Shown here one piece after another: positions 27,017 through 38,353 of a stretch of DNA of 64,000 nucleotides. The stretch's first letter is position 1. The number at the start of each line of letters is the position of its first letter. Origin of the DNA: Lentimicrobiaceae bacterium. Its GTDB lineage: Bacteria; Bacteroidota; Bacteroidia; Bacteroidales; JAGONC01. The stretch is from NCBI GenBank assembly GCA_017993235.1, contig JAGONC010000016.1, positions 5,072 through 69,071 of the forward strand, in the 5' to 3' direction. Made by a program: the position numbers and the translations under genes. The notes beneath the pieces were generated by a model. The model worked only from the letters and a program-made list of their open reading frames with translations. It did no database searches and was not told the DNA's origin.

Positions 27017-29101
27017 TTAAAAACGGTATCTCACCTGGATTTTGATATCGCTCCTGTGAGAGGTCTGTGTCTCATCAAGGCCTGAACCGGTGACAGATTG
27101 ATCACGGTACATCGTCCGTGCATAGCGTATCCATAAGTCAAGCCAGTCGCTGAACGCATACCGGATCATGAGATTGATCCTTTCCCCAGCTGAGTAATAC
27201 GCAGGAGCCGAGAAGGCATACAGGACATCCCTTTCATAAGCATAGATGCGGTTGCGATAACTACCGATATCAAAAACAGCATAGCGAACGGCTATTTCAA
27301 ACGGACGGTTCGCCGGAGCATAAATCAGATCCGCCGCAAGTAAGTAACCGGGCTTTCCGGTAGCCCCGTCTGTTCCCGGGAGGTTCATGTAAAACAGGTT
27401 CTTCAGGGTGAGAGAAGAACCGGCACTGTAATGGAATCCTGCCGAAAACAGAAAAGAAGTCAGCTCCTGAACCGGTTTCATCACCGGTAATGCATCGGTT
27501 GCGTTCTGCGCGTTGGTTTTGTATACCAGGCGAAGCTGGCTCTGCCCCCTGGATGACAGTTTCCAGGTGGATGAAAGATAAAATTCTGCTCCGGTCGAGG
27601 GTTTATTCAGACGGTAAGAAATCCAGGGAAACCAGACCATCGTTGCACCGCCATTACAGGATAATGTCTTGGAGATCAATGATTCAAATGACCATGACAG
27701 AATACTTTCGTTACTGTTGGGCTGGTGCCTTCCATAGGATGAGGACAGGGGATTGTAGAACCGCGTGGGATAGTGACCATACACCAGGGTATGCTTGAAA
27801 CGGGGGTGCGCATACCAGAGCATCCCTGCAATCATCCCGACGCTCTGGCCAATCCTGCAGGTTGCCTCACCGAAAATCATCACATGAGGAAGTAACAGGC
27901 GGAAATCAAGACCTACTACGGTCATCTTGCCTCCCGGGTCAGCAAAACGTTTGTACAGTGCCTCCGGAGTGATGAATGCCGGATGATACTGGTTCCGGAA
28001 TCCCGTGATGCCCACTTGGATGAAATGATTTCGGAAAGTGACGTGCCCGCCGAAAAGAAGATTCTGTACCCTGTTCCGGTTGCTGAATTCATTCGGGGTG
28101 CGATGATATCCGGTGGTCACCAGGGCTTCGGTTCCGTCGGTTGGGTCAAGTGTATCGCCCATGTTCAGACGGGCATCCAGTTTTTTATAGGAACAGAAGA
28201 CCACCCATCCCACTTTTCCTGTCTTCATCGTGGCGGCAACTCCCCTCAGTCCACTGGATTCATTGGAGGAAGTATGGGGCCGGGCAGGGTTAGAAAATTT
28301 ATAAGGCTGGTATAATCCCCTGGTTGAACTCATCATGCCGGAGCTGTTCAGGGTCAGTCCCTGCCCGAATCCCAGCTGGTAATCCCCGATGATCAAGGAT
28401 TGCAGTTTTTTACCCGGAGTGATCATCAGGCAGCCTGCCTGATGATCAAATCCCTGTTTCTGGGTACCCCTGAACAATTGCTCCCCGGCATCTTTTTCAG
28501 CCACAAATCCCACGTTGATCAGGTTGCCTGCCTTTGCCGTAAACCTGATCAGCACCCTGGAGGGATCCCCCAGGTATTTTTCCCCCCTGGTGGTTGTGTC
28601 CTGTGAAGGAATAAAGCCATTTTGCGTTTCCAGCATGCGGCCATACCTCACCATTAGATTTCCCCGGGTCTGTTTTAACAGCAGAAGAGGATTCAGAACG
28701 ATTTTTTGATCGTTAGGCAGGACACAGATTCGGGGCAGGATCTGCACTATGGTCGAACCATCGAATCCGGGGATCGCGTTCAGTTCATAAATGGTCAGCA
28801 AAGGCCCGTATTTACGCTTGTAGTCTTCCAGGTTCTGGATCTGTTCGGGGCTCAGTTGAAGATTCTCGGCCAGCATGAAAGGATCAGCTTGATTCAGGTC
28901 AACCCTGTTATGAACCGATAAATCCCTGACAGCAACCACATCGCTGGCATCCAGGTCGTCATCGTAGTGACCGGCAAGTTCCTCCACAATGTATTCATTT
29001 TCTACCGGAAGATTCCCGGGTACAGAATCAGCTGTCTGTGACGATATCCGCCATGGAATCAAAGTCAATGCAATCCCTATACAGTACAGTCCGGGCTTCA
29101 T
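27017..29101 (-). CDS. ComEA-like helix-hairpin-helix domain fused to a predicted outer-membrane beta-barrel
   Basis: 694 aa with a signal peptide. HhH module VDLNQADPFMLAENLQLSPEQIQNLEDYKRKYGPLLTIYELNAIPGFDGSTIVQILP sits at about 28726-28909. A long beta-rich C-terminus ends in ...IQVRYRF. Confidence 0.7.
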   Translation of the reverse strand: MKPGLYCIGIALTLIPWRISSQTADSVPGNLPVENEYIVEELAGHYDDDLDASDVVAVRDLSVHNRVDLNQADPFMLAENLQLSPEQIQNLEDYKRKYGPLLTIYELNAIPGFDGSTIVQILPRICVLPNDQKIVLNPLLLLKQTRGNLMVRYGRMLETQNGFIPSQDTTTRGEKYLGDPSRVLIRFTAKAGNLINVGFVAEKDAGEQLFRGTQKQGFDHQAGCLMITPGKKLQSLIIGDYQLGFGQGLTLNSSGMMSSTRGLYQPYKFSNPARPHTSSNESSGLRGVAATMKTGKVGWVVFCSYKKLDARLNMGDTLDPTDGTEALVTTGYHRTPNEFSNRNRVQNLLFGGHVTFRNHFIQVGITGFRNQYHPAFITPEALYKRFADPGGKMTVVGLDFRLLLPHVMIFGEATCRIGQSVGMIAGMLWYAHPRFKHTLVYGHYPTRFYNPLSSSYGRHQPNSNESILSWSFESLISKTLSCNGGATMVWFPWISYRLNKPSTGAEFYLSSTWKLSSRGQSQLRLVYKTNAQNATDALPVMKPVQELTSFLFSAGFHYSAGSSLTLKNLFYMNLPGTDGATGKPGYLLAADLIYAPANRPFEIAVRYAVFDIGSYRNRIYAYERDVLYAFSAPAYYSAGERINLMIRYAFSDWLDLWIRYARTMYRDQSVTGSGLDETQTSHRSDIKIQVRYRF

Positions 29102-29113
29102 TCGGGGAAAACG

Positions 29114-29941
29114 TTATCGAGCGACGAACCGGAGTGAAACCTGGGGGAACCAGCCCAGTTGCTGGTGCATGGTGGCCGACAGATCAATGAAGAGCCGTTT
29201 CCAGTGCGTACCGGTCCCGAAGGATACCTGGACCGGATGGGCCATAATGCCTGAACGGAACGTAAGGGCAGGGGACAATTGATATTCAAATCCGGCCATG
29301 ACCTGGATATTGCCAGCAGGTTCCTTTTCAGCCTGCGCCGTAAGGACAATTTTTTCGGAAAGGTGATAGGCCATCCCCATCTGCAAAAGGGAATTTCCCG
29401 TGCGGATGCCCCCATTTTTTCCTGTCTGCCAGTTCACCGGATCCACTATATGCAGGGCCAGAAAGAGGTCAGCGGTAAGCTGGGTGATGATCCCTGCGGC
29501 AAAGCCCGCCTGGCTGTACCGGTACTCCTTTTCCATGGCGAAAATGAAGGAATAGGTAAGTTGAAGGCCTGCATGAAAATGCAGTCCAAAACTCCTGGCA
29601 TAGGTGATCCCCAACTCATTTTCGTTATAGGCAGCATGGCCGTATCGCGTAAAGGAAAGTCCTGCCACACCCGGCCGTGCGGGGATAAGCAGGAAACCGG
29701 CCTGGTAACCCAGCTCTTTCATCATGAAGCGATTTTCGGCATAGATTCCGCACTCCAGTGTCGAGCACGAAACCATGCCTGCCTGGTTATTGATGATCCC
29801 CCAGGGATCAAAAAGCGCTATGGAGGCCTGGGCCAGAGCTGCCGATCTTCCTCCTGCCGGTATGGATCCGGTTCCGGCAAATCCGCGCAGAGCCATCAAT
29901 GCCGAAACCATCAGGAACATCCAGGTGCCCAATCTTGTCAT
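29114..29941 (-). CDS. small outer-membrane beta-barrel protein (PorQ/PorV-like N-terminal motif)
   Basis: 275 aa with a signal peptide. The motif GGRSAALAQASIALFDPWGIINNQAGMV resembles the G-x-x-x-ALG-x-A...NPAGL signature of PorV/PorQ-type barrels. Its stop lies 12 nt upstream of the start of the HhH gene. Confidence 0.5.
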   Translation of the reverse strand: MTRLGTWMFLMVSALMALRGFAGTGSIPAGGRSAALAQASIALFDPWGIINNQAGMVSCSTLECGIYAENRFMMKELGYQAGFLLIPARPGVAGLSFTRYGHAAYNENELGITYARSFGLHFHAGLQLTYSFIFAMEKEYRYSQAGFAAGIITQLTADLFLALHIVDPVNWQTGKNGGIRTGNSLLQMGMAYHLSEKIVLTAQAEKEPAGNIQVMAGFEYQLSPALTFRSGIMAHPVQVSFGTGTHWKRLFIDLSATMHQQLGWFPQVSLRFVAR

Positions 29942-30050
29942 CAGGTCATTTCTGTATACCAGTTAATACGATTTGGGCGATTTTGTGACCCTGCCGGAAG
30001 GTAAAACTTTCTAATTTTTCATACATTTATAGCGAAAAATCCCAGAGCGA

Positions 30051-30716
30051 ATGAATACAGGTAAAATTTTAGCCTTCCTTGAAGAGTTGCAACAGCATAA
30101 CACCCGGGAATGGTTTGAGCAGAATAAATCACGTTTCAATCTTCTGCGAAGTGATTTTGAATCCTTTCTGAACAAACTGATCCCGGAAGTCTACAAGTTT
30201 GACCCGGGCATCGGGCTGCTGACGGCCAGGGATTGTATGTTCAGGATCTACAGGGATGTTCGTTTTTCAAAGGACAAGGCTCCCTATAAGACCAACTTCG
30301 GAGCTTTTATTGCGGAAAGGGGACGTAAGAGCCAGAAAGCCGGTTACTATTTTCATCTTTCTCCGGAGGAATGTTTCCTTGGTGGTGGAATGTACATGCC
30401 TGCACCGGAAATATTGAAAGAAGTGAGGCAGGAAGTCTATTTCAACACGGCTGAATTTAAGAAGATCCTCAGGGAAAGCTCCTTCCGGCAGGTATATGGC
30501 GGATTGCACGATATGGAGGATAAATTAAAGAAGCCACCCAGGGATTATCCTTCGGATTTCCAGGATATTGATCTACTGAAGCATAAGAGCTATACGGTAT
30601 GGCATACGGTGACAGACGATATGCTCGGCAGTCACTCCCTGTTGGATGATACTGTACAGAAATTCAGGGTCATGGCTCCCTTCAATGCGTTCCTGAACCG
30701 GATCTTTACCCGGTAA
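30051..30716 (+). CDS. DUF2461 (TIGR02453) family protein
   Basis: 221 aa with REWFEQNK and YRDVRFSKDKAPYKT motifs. Confidence 0.8.
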   Translation: MNTGKILAFLEELQQHNTREWFEQNKSRFNLLRSDFESFLNKLIPEVYKFDPGIGLLTARDCMFRIYRDVRFSKDKAPYKTNFGAFIAERGRKSQKAGYYFHLSPEECFLGGGMYMPAPEILKEVRQEVYFNTAEFKKILRESSFRQVYGGLHDMEDKLKKPPRDYPSDFQDIDLLKHKSYTVWHTVTDDMLGSHSLLDDTVQKFRVMAPFNAFLNRIFTR

Positions 30717-30723
30717 GGGTGAA

Positions 30724-32694
<1,971 letters not shown>

Positions 32695-32721
32695 TTACTT
32701 AGACTAAATGATGATCCTATG

Positions 32722-32729
32722 CAAAGGTA
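32722..32729 (-). promoter_or_regulatory. -7 promoter box TAccTTTG (gyrB)
   Basis: The reverse complement of caaaggta is TACCTTTG. It lies 34 nt upstream of the ATG at 32688. Confidence 0.5.
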
Positions 32730-32820
32730 CGGATATTTTCAATAGGAATTACCCGGAAACCGGATCATATTGTGGGTTTTTATTAACAATTTTCTTTGAA
32801 AATTTATAATGCCAAAATGC

Positions 32821-34542
32821 TCAGAATGCGTATGTTACGCCAATGAGTCCGTTCAATTTCTGACTGGCATAATGGTTCCAGCGGTAATAGCTTTTATTGG
32901 TCAGGTTATTGAGCTGAATAAAGCCCGACAGATTCTTGTTGTAACGGTATTCCACCCCCAGGTTGACATCCAGATAGCCTTTCAGGGTAATGGTCTCTTC
33001 CAGGCCGTCTTCCCAGGTTTTTGCATATGCCTTTCCATAGCAGATCAGGCTTGCACTCAAAACGAACTTTTCCTGAAGGTTATATTTCCCGGCGAGCATC
33101 ATATCAAATGCCGGTTTGTGCCATGCTTCGGATTCGTGATCCAATATGTATTGATAATAGTTGGCCATCAGCGAGAATTGAAGTTGATCCGTCTTCTGGA
33201 AGGTGACTTCGGTCGTTCCATGGATGATCTCTCCGTCGTCGTAAATCACGGTAAACTGATTCATGAGGTCTTTATTCCTCTGCGTGGAAGTATCGTTCAC
33301 GAAAAACGCAAGGTTGTCATTACCGGAACCGGCGATTTGCACCATCCAGTCGACGAATTTACCAATCCGTGTACTGATACCGCCGTACAGATTGTACTTC
33401 TCGCTGGTAAACCTCATCTGCGGAGCAGCGATCAGGTAAGGATTTTCATCGCTGAGTGCTTTGAAGTGGTAACGTTCCAGTCCCCCTTTCAACCCCAGGT
33501 AAACCTTCAGGGTGTTGGGCAAAATGGTGACAGCCGCTTCCACCAGCGGGTAAAAATGGAATCTGGAAAGAGAGTCAACGGCAACCGCCGCGTTGAATCC
33601 TATCTTCAGGCTGTATTCATCCATGGTGGCATTTAAAATAGGTTCCAGTACGATCCGGGCACTGGTCGATTGGGTAAGGGTATCCTTATTCCCATAGACA
33701 TCAGCACCGATCTTCACCGCAAGGTTCTCAGCATCTGTAAATTTCATCATCCTTAGATCCTTATCCAGTTTTACCCCCAGATTGCCATGATGCTCCTGGG
33801 TATGATCGCGGTTAAAGAGATAGGAATAGCCCAGGTCGGCGCCGGTGTTGACTTTTTCGCTGTGATGCCTGTTCTCCAGCATCGCCCGGAAACCGATCAG
33901 GTTGTAGGTTTGTTTGAGCCTGGCTTTTGTAATGTCGTAGGCTTCCGCAAGCGAGTCATCATAGCCATAGTAATGCACCATAGTCCGGTCGTAAAGAAGA
34001 TTCCCTGAAAGGGTTTGGTTTTTCAGAAACTTTTTCCCCCACACCTCGACTGCATTATCACTCTGGCTGCTGGAGGGATGATTTTTCATCTCACCCGATG
34101 AAAGGTGGCGCAGGTGTGCGCCAAATGCAAACTTTCTGGAACGAAGGCTCCCGGCAAAAAATTCGAGATAGGGCGTCATATAGTTTCCAAATCCGCCCCG
34201 GATAAAGTTCCGGTAAAGCTTTTCGATGGGTTCACCAGCAATGGCCACAGGTTTGATGGGCTTGGGATCGAAAGTGGTCTGGATGAGCTGATCCTGAATG
34301 GAATAACTGAGTGCTGGTTTCTGCAGATTCTGCGCTTCGATGCGGGGATTCTGGCTGATTTTGAATGCTTCGGCGACCGTGGGCTTATAGGGTGAAATGA
34401 CCGTGATCTCTTCCGAATAAGGGATCTCCTGCTGGGCTGACGATGGTAACGAAACACAAACACCCGTCAGCAGGCAAACGATGATCCCCCTTGCTTTCCA
34501 TACGGATCTCCACATGATGTTTGATCTCTTTTTCATAATCAA
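32821..34542 (-). CDS. hypothetical outer-membrane beta-barrel protein
   Basis: 573 aa with a signal peptide (…SLPSSAQQ), beta-rich sequence and a C-terminal ...GVTYAF. Its start lies 15 nt downstream of the stop of the TPR gene. Confidence 0.55.
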   Translation of the reverse strand: MIMKKRSNIMWRSVWKARGIIVCLLTGVCVSLPSSAQQEIPYSEEITVISPYKPTVAEAFKISQNPRIEAQNLQKPALSYSIQDQLIQTTFDPKPIKPVAIAGEPIEKLYRNFIRGGFGNYMTPYLEFFAGSLRSRKFAFGAHLRHLSSGEMKNHPSSSQSDNAVEVWGKKFLKNQTLSGNLLYDRTMVHYYGYDDSLAEAYDITKARLKQTYNLIGFRAMLENRHHSEKVNTGADLGYSYLFNRDHTQEHHGNLGVKLDKDLRMMKFTDAENLAVKIGADVYGNKDTLTQSTSARIVLEPILNATMDEYSLKIGFNAAVAVDSLSRFHFYPLVEAAVTILPNTLKVYLGLKGGLERYHFKALSDENPYLIAAPQMRFTSEKYNLYGGISTRIGKFVDWMVQIAGSGNDNLAFFVNDTSTQRNKDLMNQFTVIYDDGEIIHGTTEVTFQKTDQLQFSLMANYYQYILDHESEAWHKPAFDMMLAGKYNLQEKFVLSASLICYGKAYAKTWEDGLEETITLKGYLDVNLGVEYRYNKNLSGFIQLNNLTNKSYYRWNHYASQKLNGLIGVTYAF

Positions 34543-34557
34543 AATGCATCGGATGGG

Positions 34558-37500
34558 TTAAAATCCATCTTCATCCGGTTCCTCCTCCTGTGCAGCCTGG
34601 TCCTGTGATGCTTTTTCCATGTTGAGGATGGCAGTCAGCTTGCCGGTGGCCTCCTTTCGGAGATCCTCACCGGGATAATTGTCAATGATGCTTTGCAGCG
34701 TTTGTTTGGCCTGAAAGTAATTACCCGTCCCCGCATAGATATCGGAGAGAAGGATAAATCCTTTTGCGACCCAGTAGTCATACGAGGGATACTGGTTGAT
34801 CAGGTCGAACGTAAGTTTTTCAGCTTCAGGGTATGCTTTATTATCGCAGGTGATCCAGGCGATCGCATACTGCGATTCGGCAGCACGCTCATCCTGAACC
34901 AGATCACATACACGCTGAAAAGCTTTCATGGCCTTGTCCGTTTGACGAGTAGCAAGAGCGGATTTACCCAGAATAAAACTTGCCTCAGCCTCCACTTCGG
35001 TTTCCGTGATTTCTGAAGCCAGTACTTTTTCGGCTGCGGAGGTGGCTTCCCCGAAGTTTTCCGTCCCGTAAAGGCAACGCATTTGCCCGATCAGTGCCGT
35101 AAGGTAAACGCTTTTTGTGCTGGCGGCTTCCTCCAGGTGCTGATAGGCTTCCAGGGCTTTAGGCAGATCACCCATGTTGTAGGTGATCGCAGCCACGCGC
35201 ATCAAGGCATTTTCAGTGAACTGGGTGGAAGGTTGTTGCAGTACATACGTAAAACCTTTCAATGCAACTTCCGGTTGCCTGTTTTTCAGTTCGCATTCGG
35301 ATCGGTAAAAATAGGCCCGGGTCAAAAAGGATCCCTGGGGAAAACGATCGATATAATCTGTGAATCCCTGCATGGCTGCTTCACAATCTGCTTTTCTGTA
35401 CCGGTCCTCTGCAGTGAAATAACTCAGTGAATCCTGAGAAGCCAGTGACATGTCGGTAAAAGTCAGGGATTGGGCATAGGTAAGGTATTCATTCACCCGG
35501 TTCAGATCCACATAGATATTCCGGATGATCTCCAGTGCTTCCCTGGATTCCTCTGAACCCGGATAATCGGAGATAACCTTTTTCAGGGTAGTGATGGCCA
35601 GGTCATTGCTGCCGTTGTTGTAATAGATCAGACCACTTTTCAGCAACGACTTTCTGATGTATTTGCCGGCAGGATAATCCTGTGGGATTTTTTTAAAATA
35701 CTCCAGTGCTTCATCGTCACTGTTCAGTAAAATGCAAGTTATGCCCAGCTCATAGAGCACCTCTTCCGTGTACGTTGAACGCGGATACAGGGTCAGATAT
35801 TCCTTCAACAGCTTTGCCTTATGTTCAAAATCACCTTTTCCACCGTAAGCCAGCGCCTTTTGCAGCATGGCGTAATCACTGTCGGCAGCTCTTTTCTGAA
35901 GAGCCTGGTCATAATAGCCAATAGCTTCATCGTACGATTTATTCACAAAACTGCAATCCCCCAGCCGCAGATAGGCATCGTTCATGATCTGGACATCCGG
36001 GTATCCTTCGTTGATGAACTTTTTAAAATATTCCACAGCCCGGGAGTAATTTTTCTGGTTGTAATAAGCATAGCCCAGGTTGTAGGATGTCAGGCGGTAA
36101 AGAGGATGATGAGCGGCAGCCTGCTGAGAAAGGAATTCCCGGTAATGTTCGATGGCAAAATCAAATGAACCCACCCGGTAGTACGACTCGGCCATCCAGT
36201 AGTAGTTGGCAGCATGGATGTCTCTGTCAAGGGGAAAGTCGAGCGATTTTTTGAAGAGGATTATCGCTCCTGCAAAGTCCCTGTTGTTAAAAAGTTCGAT
36301 TCCCCTGAAATGTGCAGTTTTTTGATAGGCCCGCTTGAGCTGTTCGTCCTTGATACGGATTTTATCGATCGTTTCCAGGGCTTCCTGATAATGGCTGGTC
36401 GACATAAATAGGTTGACCAGGTAGAGGTTAGCTTCATCCAGGCGACTGGAGGCAGGATAATCGGAAATATATTGCCTCAGGGCCCTGATGGCTTCGTTAT
36501 AAGGGTCAAAGGACAGGTCATAGGCCAGTTTGGCATAATTGAAAAGGGCATCTTCCCTGATGGCCTTATCGAAATCCATTTTATAGGCAGAAAGAAAAGC
36601 ATTCAATGCGAACTGCTTCTGACCGGTCTTAATGTAACAATCTCCAAGGTGATAAAAGGCATTCTGTGCCAGGGAATCCTGTTTGCTGGTCGTTTTCTGG
36701 AATGCCTGTATTGCCTGGGTGTAGGATCCTTCTTGATACCAGGCATATCCCAGCTGGTACCAGTCCTGAGGCGTCATAGATGAACCGGGCGATTTGCTGT
36801 ATTTTTCCAAAAGGGGAAGGGCATCCTGATAACGGCCGGTTTTAAAATAGGCTTCGCCCAGCATCCTGACCATGTCGGCGTTTTTCCTGTCATCCATCAG
36901 CCCGGTCATCTGGGTGCCCAGTGCGATCACTTCATCATATTGGTGCTGTTTGAATTTGATTTGAAAGATGTACAGAGGCACAACATCTTTAAATGTTTCA
37001 TCCTCTGTGAGCCGTTCAAATGCCTCCAGGGCTTTATCCAGGTCATTCTGCTGATAGGCGATATGGGCATAATAGTAATTCGCCGGCCCCTGATACATTG
37101 ACTCAGCATTCAGAACCTTCTGAAAGGACTGTTCTGCCATGGGCAGGTTGTTCCCTTTCAGGTAACAGTAGCCGGTCTTGAAATAATATTCATACTTTTG
37201 CTCGCTGCTTAACTGACGAATATCTGTCTTTTTGAATGCATCCAGTGCGGGTTTGTATTCCTTTTCCCGGTAATGAAGCCTGGCCAGTTGAAATTGCGCC
37301 AGCAGAGCCATTGTGTTTTCAGGATACATCCGGATGAAATCGGTGTAAAGATCGGTTGCGTCCTTATGAAAAAGCTCATAGGCGCACAAAGCATGATAGT
37401 AGGAAGCCTGGATCCGGGTAATGGAGCCGGGATCATCGATCGCTGTCAGGACCTTTTTAAAGACCTCCTGCGCAGCGGTATATTTCTCCTTTTGGAAAAG

Positions 37501-37626
37501 ATCCATAGCCAGCCCGAAACTTGCCTGCGGATCATCATATTGTCGCGTGCGTTGTGCCAGTAATGATGAAGCGGTGAACATAACCAGCAAAGATCCCACA
37601 AGGATGTGCAGGAAAGTTTTCTTCAT
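34558..37626 (-). CDS. large secreted tetratricopeptide-repeat protein
   Basis: 1022 aa with a signal peptide (no lipobox Cys) and many TPR-like A/Y/F-rich 34-aa repeats. Confidence 0.8.
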   Translation of the reverse strand: MKKTFLHILVGSLLVMFTASSLLAQRTRQYDDPQASFGLAMDLFQKEKYTAAQEVFKKVLTAIDDPGSITRIQASYYHALCAYELFHKDATDLYTDFIRMYPENTMALLAQFQLARLHYREKEYKPALDAFKKTDIRQLSSEQKYEYYFKTGYCYLKGNNLPMAEQSFQKVLNAESMYQGPANYYYAHIAYQQNDLDKALEAFERLTEDETFKDVVPLYIFQIKFKQHQYDEVIALGTQMTGLMDDRKNADMVRMLGEAYFKTGRYQDALPLLEKYSKSPGSSMTPQDWYQLGYAWYQEGSYTQAIQAFQKTTSKQDSLAQNAFYHLGDCYIKTGQKQFALNAFLSAYKMDFDKAIREDALFNYAKLAYDLSFDPYNEAIRALRQYISDYPASSRLDEANLYLVNLFMSTSHYQEALETIDKIRIKDEQLKRAYQKTAHFRGIELFNNRDFAGAIILFKKSLDFPLDRDIHAANYYWMAESYYRVGSFDFAIEHYREFLSQQAAAHHPLYRLTSYNLGYAYYNQKNYSRAVEYFKKFINEGYPDVQIMNDAYLRLGDCSFVNKSYDEAIGYYDQALQKRAADSDYAMLQKALAYGGKGDFEHKAKLLKEYLTLYPRSTYTEEVLYELGITCILLNSDDEALEYFKKIPQDYPAGKYIRKSLLKSGLIYYNNGSNDLAITTLKKVISDYPGSEESREALEIIRNIYVDLNRVNEYLTYAQSLTFTDMSLASQDSLSYFTAEDRYRKADCEAAMQGFTDYIDRFPQGSFLTRAYFYRSECELKNRQPEVALKGFTYVLQQPSTQFTENALMRVAAITYNMGDLPKALEAYQHLEEAASTKSVYLTALIGQMRCLYGTENFGEATSAAEKVLASEITETEVEAEASFILGKSALATRQTDKAMKAFQRVCDLVQDERAAESQYAIAWITCDNKAYPEAEKLTFDLINQYPSYDYWVAKGFILLSDIYAGTGNYFQAKQTLQSIIDNYPGEDLRKEATGKLTAILNMEKASQDQAAQEEEPDEDGF

Positions 37627-37774
37627 GATCGATCCGTAGGTTTACCTGATAAAATTAGTATTTATCCGTCCGATGGGAGTGCGATAGGTTGATTACTTAT
37701 GAACAGGAAGCTTTTAACAAATAAGGATAACGAAAAGAGGGGGAACTTAGTATTTCACTGCCGGTTTAAAAAAA

Positions 37775-38197
37775 GACAGCCGTTCTGTAAGCCGGATTCT
37801 GTTCGTCCCGGTTTTGGCCGGGATCTCTCTGTCATTGATCTGGGACGGATATCACTATCCGCCTCTAGCAGCCTACCCATCCCGGATGACCGGGTTGAAC
37901 CGGCGCCAGGGCGAGCAACCCTGGTCCCTGAGCATGATCAGGGATTTCCGGGACCTATTTGGCCTTGCAACCCATAAGGTTTACCCCTCCTGGATGTCAC
38001 CATGCAGGAGCGTAAGCTCTTACCTCACGTTTTCACCCTTACCCCAAACGAATTCAGGGCGGTTGTTTTCTGTGGCACTTTCTGTAAGGCGCTGACCCAG
38101 GCCAGACCTTCCTACCCGTTAAGTAGTATGGTGCTCTCTGTTGTCCGGACTTTCCTCTGCCGGTACCAGACCGGCAGCGACAGAGCGAACGGCTGTC
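37775..38197 (-). ncRNA. rnpB: RNase P RNA, bacterial type A
   Basis: The minus strand carries GAGGAAAGTCCGGAC (38143-38157), GTGCCACAGAAAA, GGTAAGGGTGAAAACGTGAGGTAAGAGC, GGGTAAACC...GCAAGGCCAAATAGG and ACAGAATCCGGCTTAC (P4 3' strand). An 11-bp P1 forms between 38187-38197 and 37775-37785, followed by T7. The region is ORF-poor. Ends are accurate to about 10 nt. Confidence 0.92.
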
Positions 38198-38222
38198 AAT
38201 GTACGTTGATGGGATATTTTTG

Positions 38223-38230
38223 CAAAGATA
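38223..38230 (-). promoter_or_regulatory. -7 promoter box TAtcTTTG (rnpB)
   Basis: The reverse complement of caaagata is TATCTTTG. It lies 26 nt upstream of the predicted P1 5' end, which implies a short processed leader. Confidence 0.5.
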
Positions 38231-38353
38231 AGCATTTTTCTTGTTCCTGTTGCCGGTAATACACCCATTTCCCGCAGACAGCCGGCCACTGCCCGTTGTA
38301 GGTCACGGCGTTCACTCCGTCGAACGAGGGGCTCCCCGCAACGGGCTGCAAAC

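Noticed and set aside
32809-33636. A 275-aa ORF antisense to the 573-aa outer-membrane protein gene. Similar long antisense ORFs occur at 345-1037, 3223-3888, 6935-7702, 16400-17227, 29279-30004, 49022-49705 and 62404-63039.
   Set aside because: Each lies entirely within a much longer opposite-strand gene that has clear family motifs. Their translations are low-complexity or Arg/Pro/Gly-rich and have no recognisable domains. They are shadow ORFs.
38250-38345. A 7-bp closing stem with inner hairpins considered as a tRNA or tRNA-like gene.
   Set aside because: The enclosed structure is only about 54 nt. It has no GTTCRANNC T-loop, no D-loop consensus and no plausible anticodon arm.
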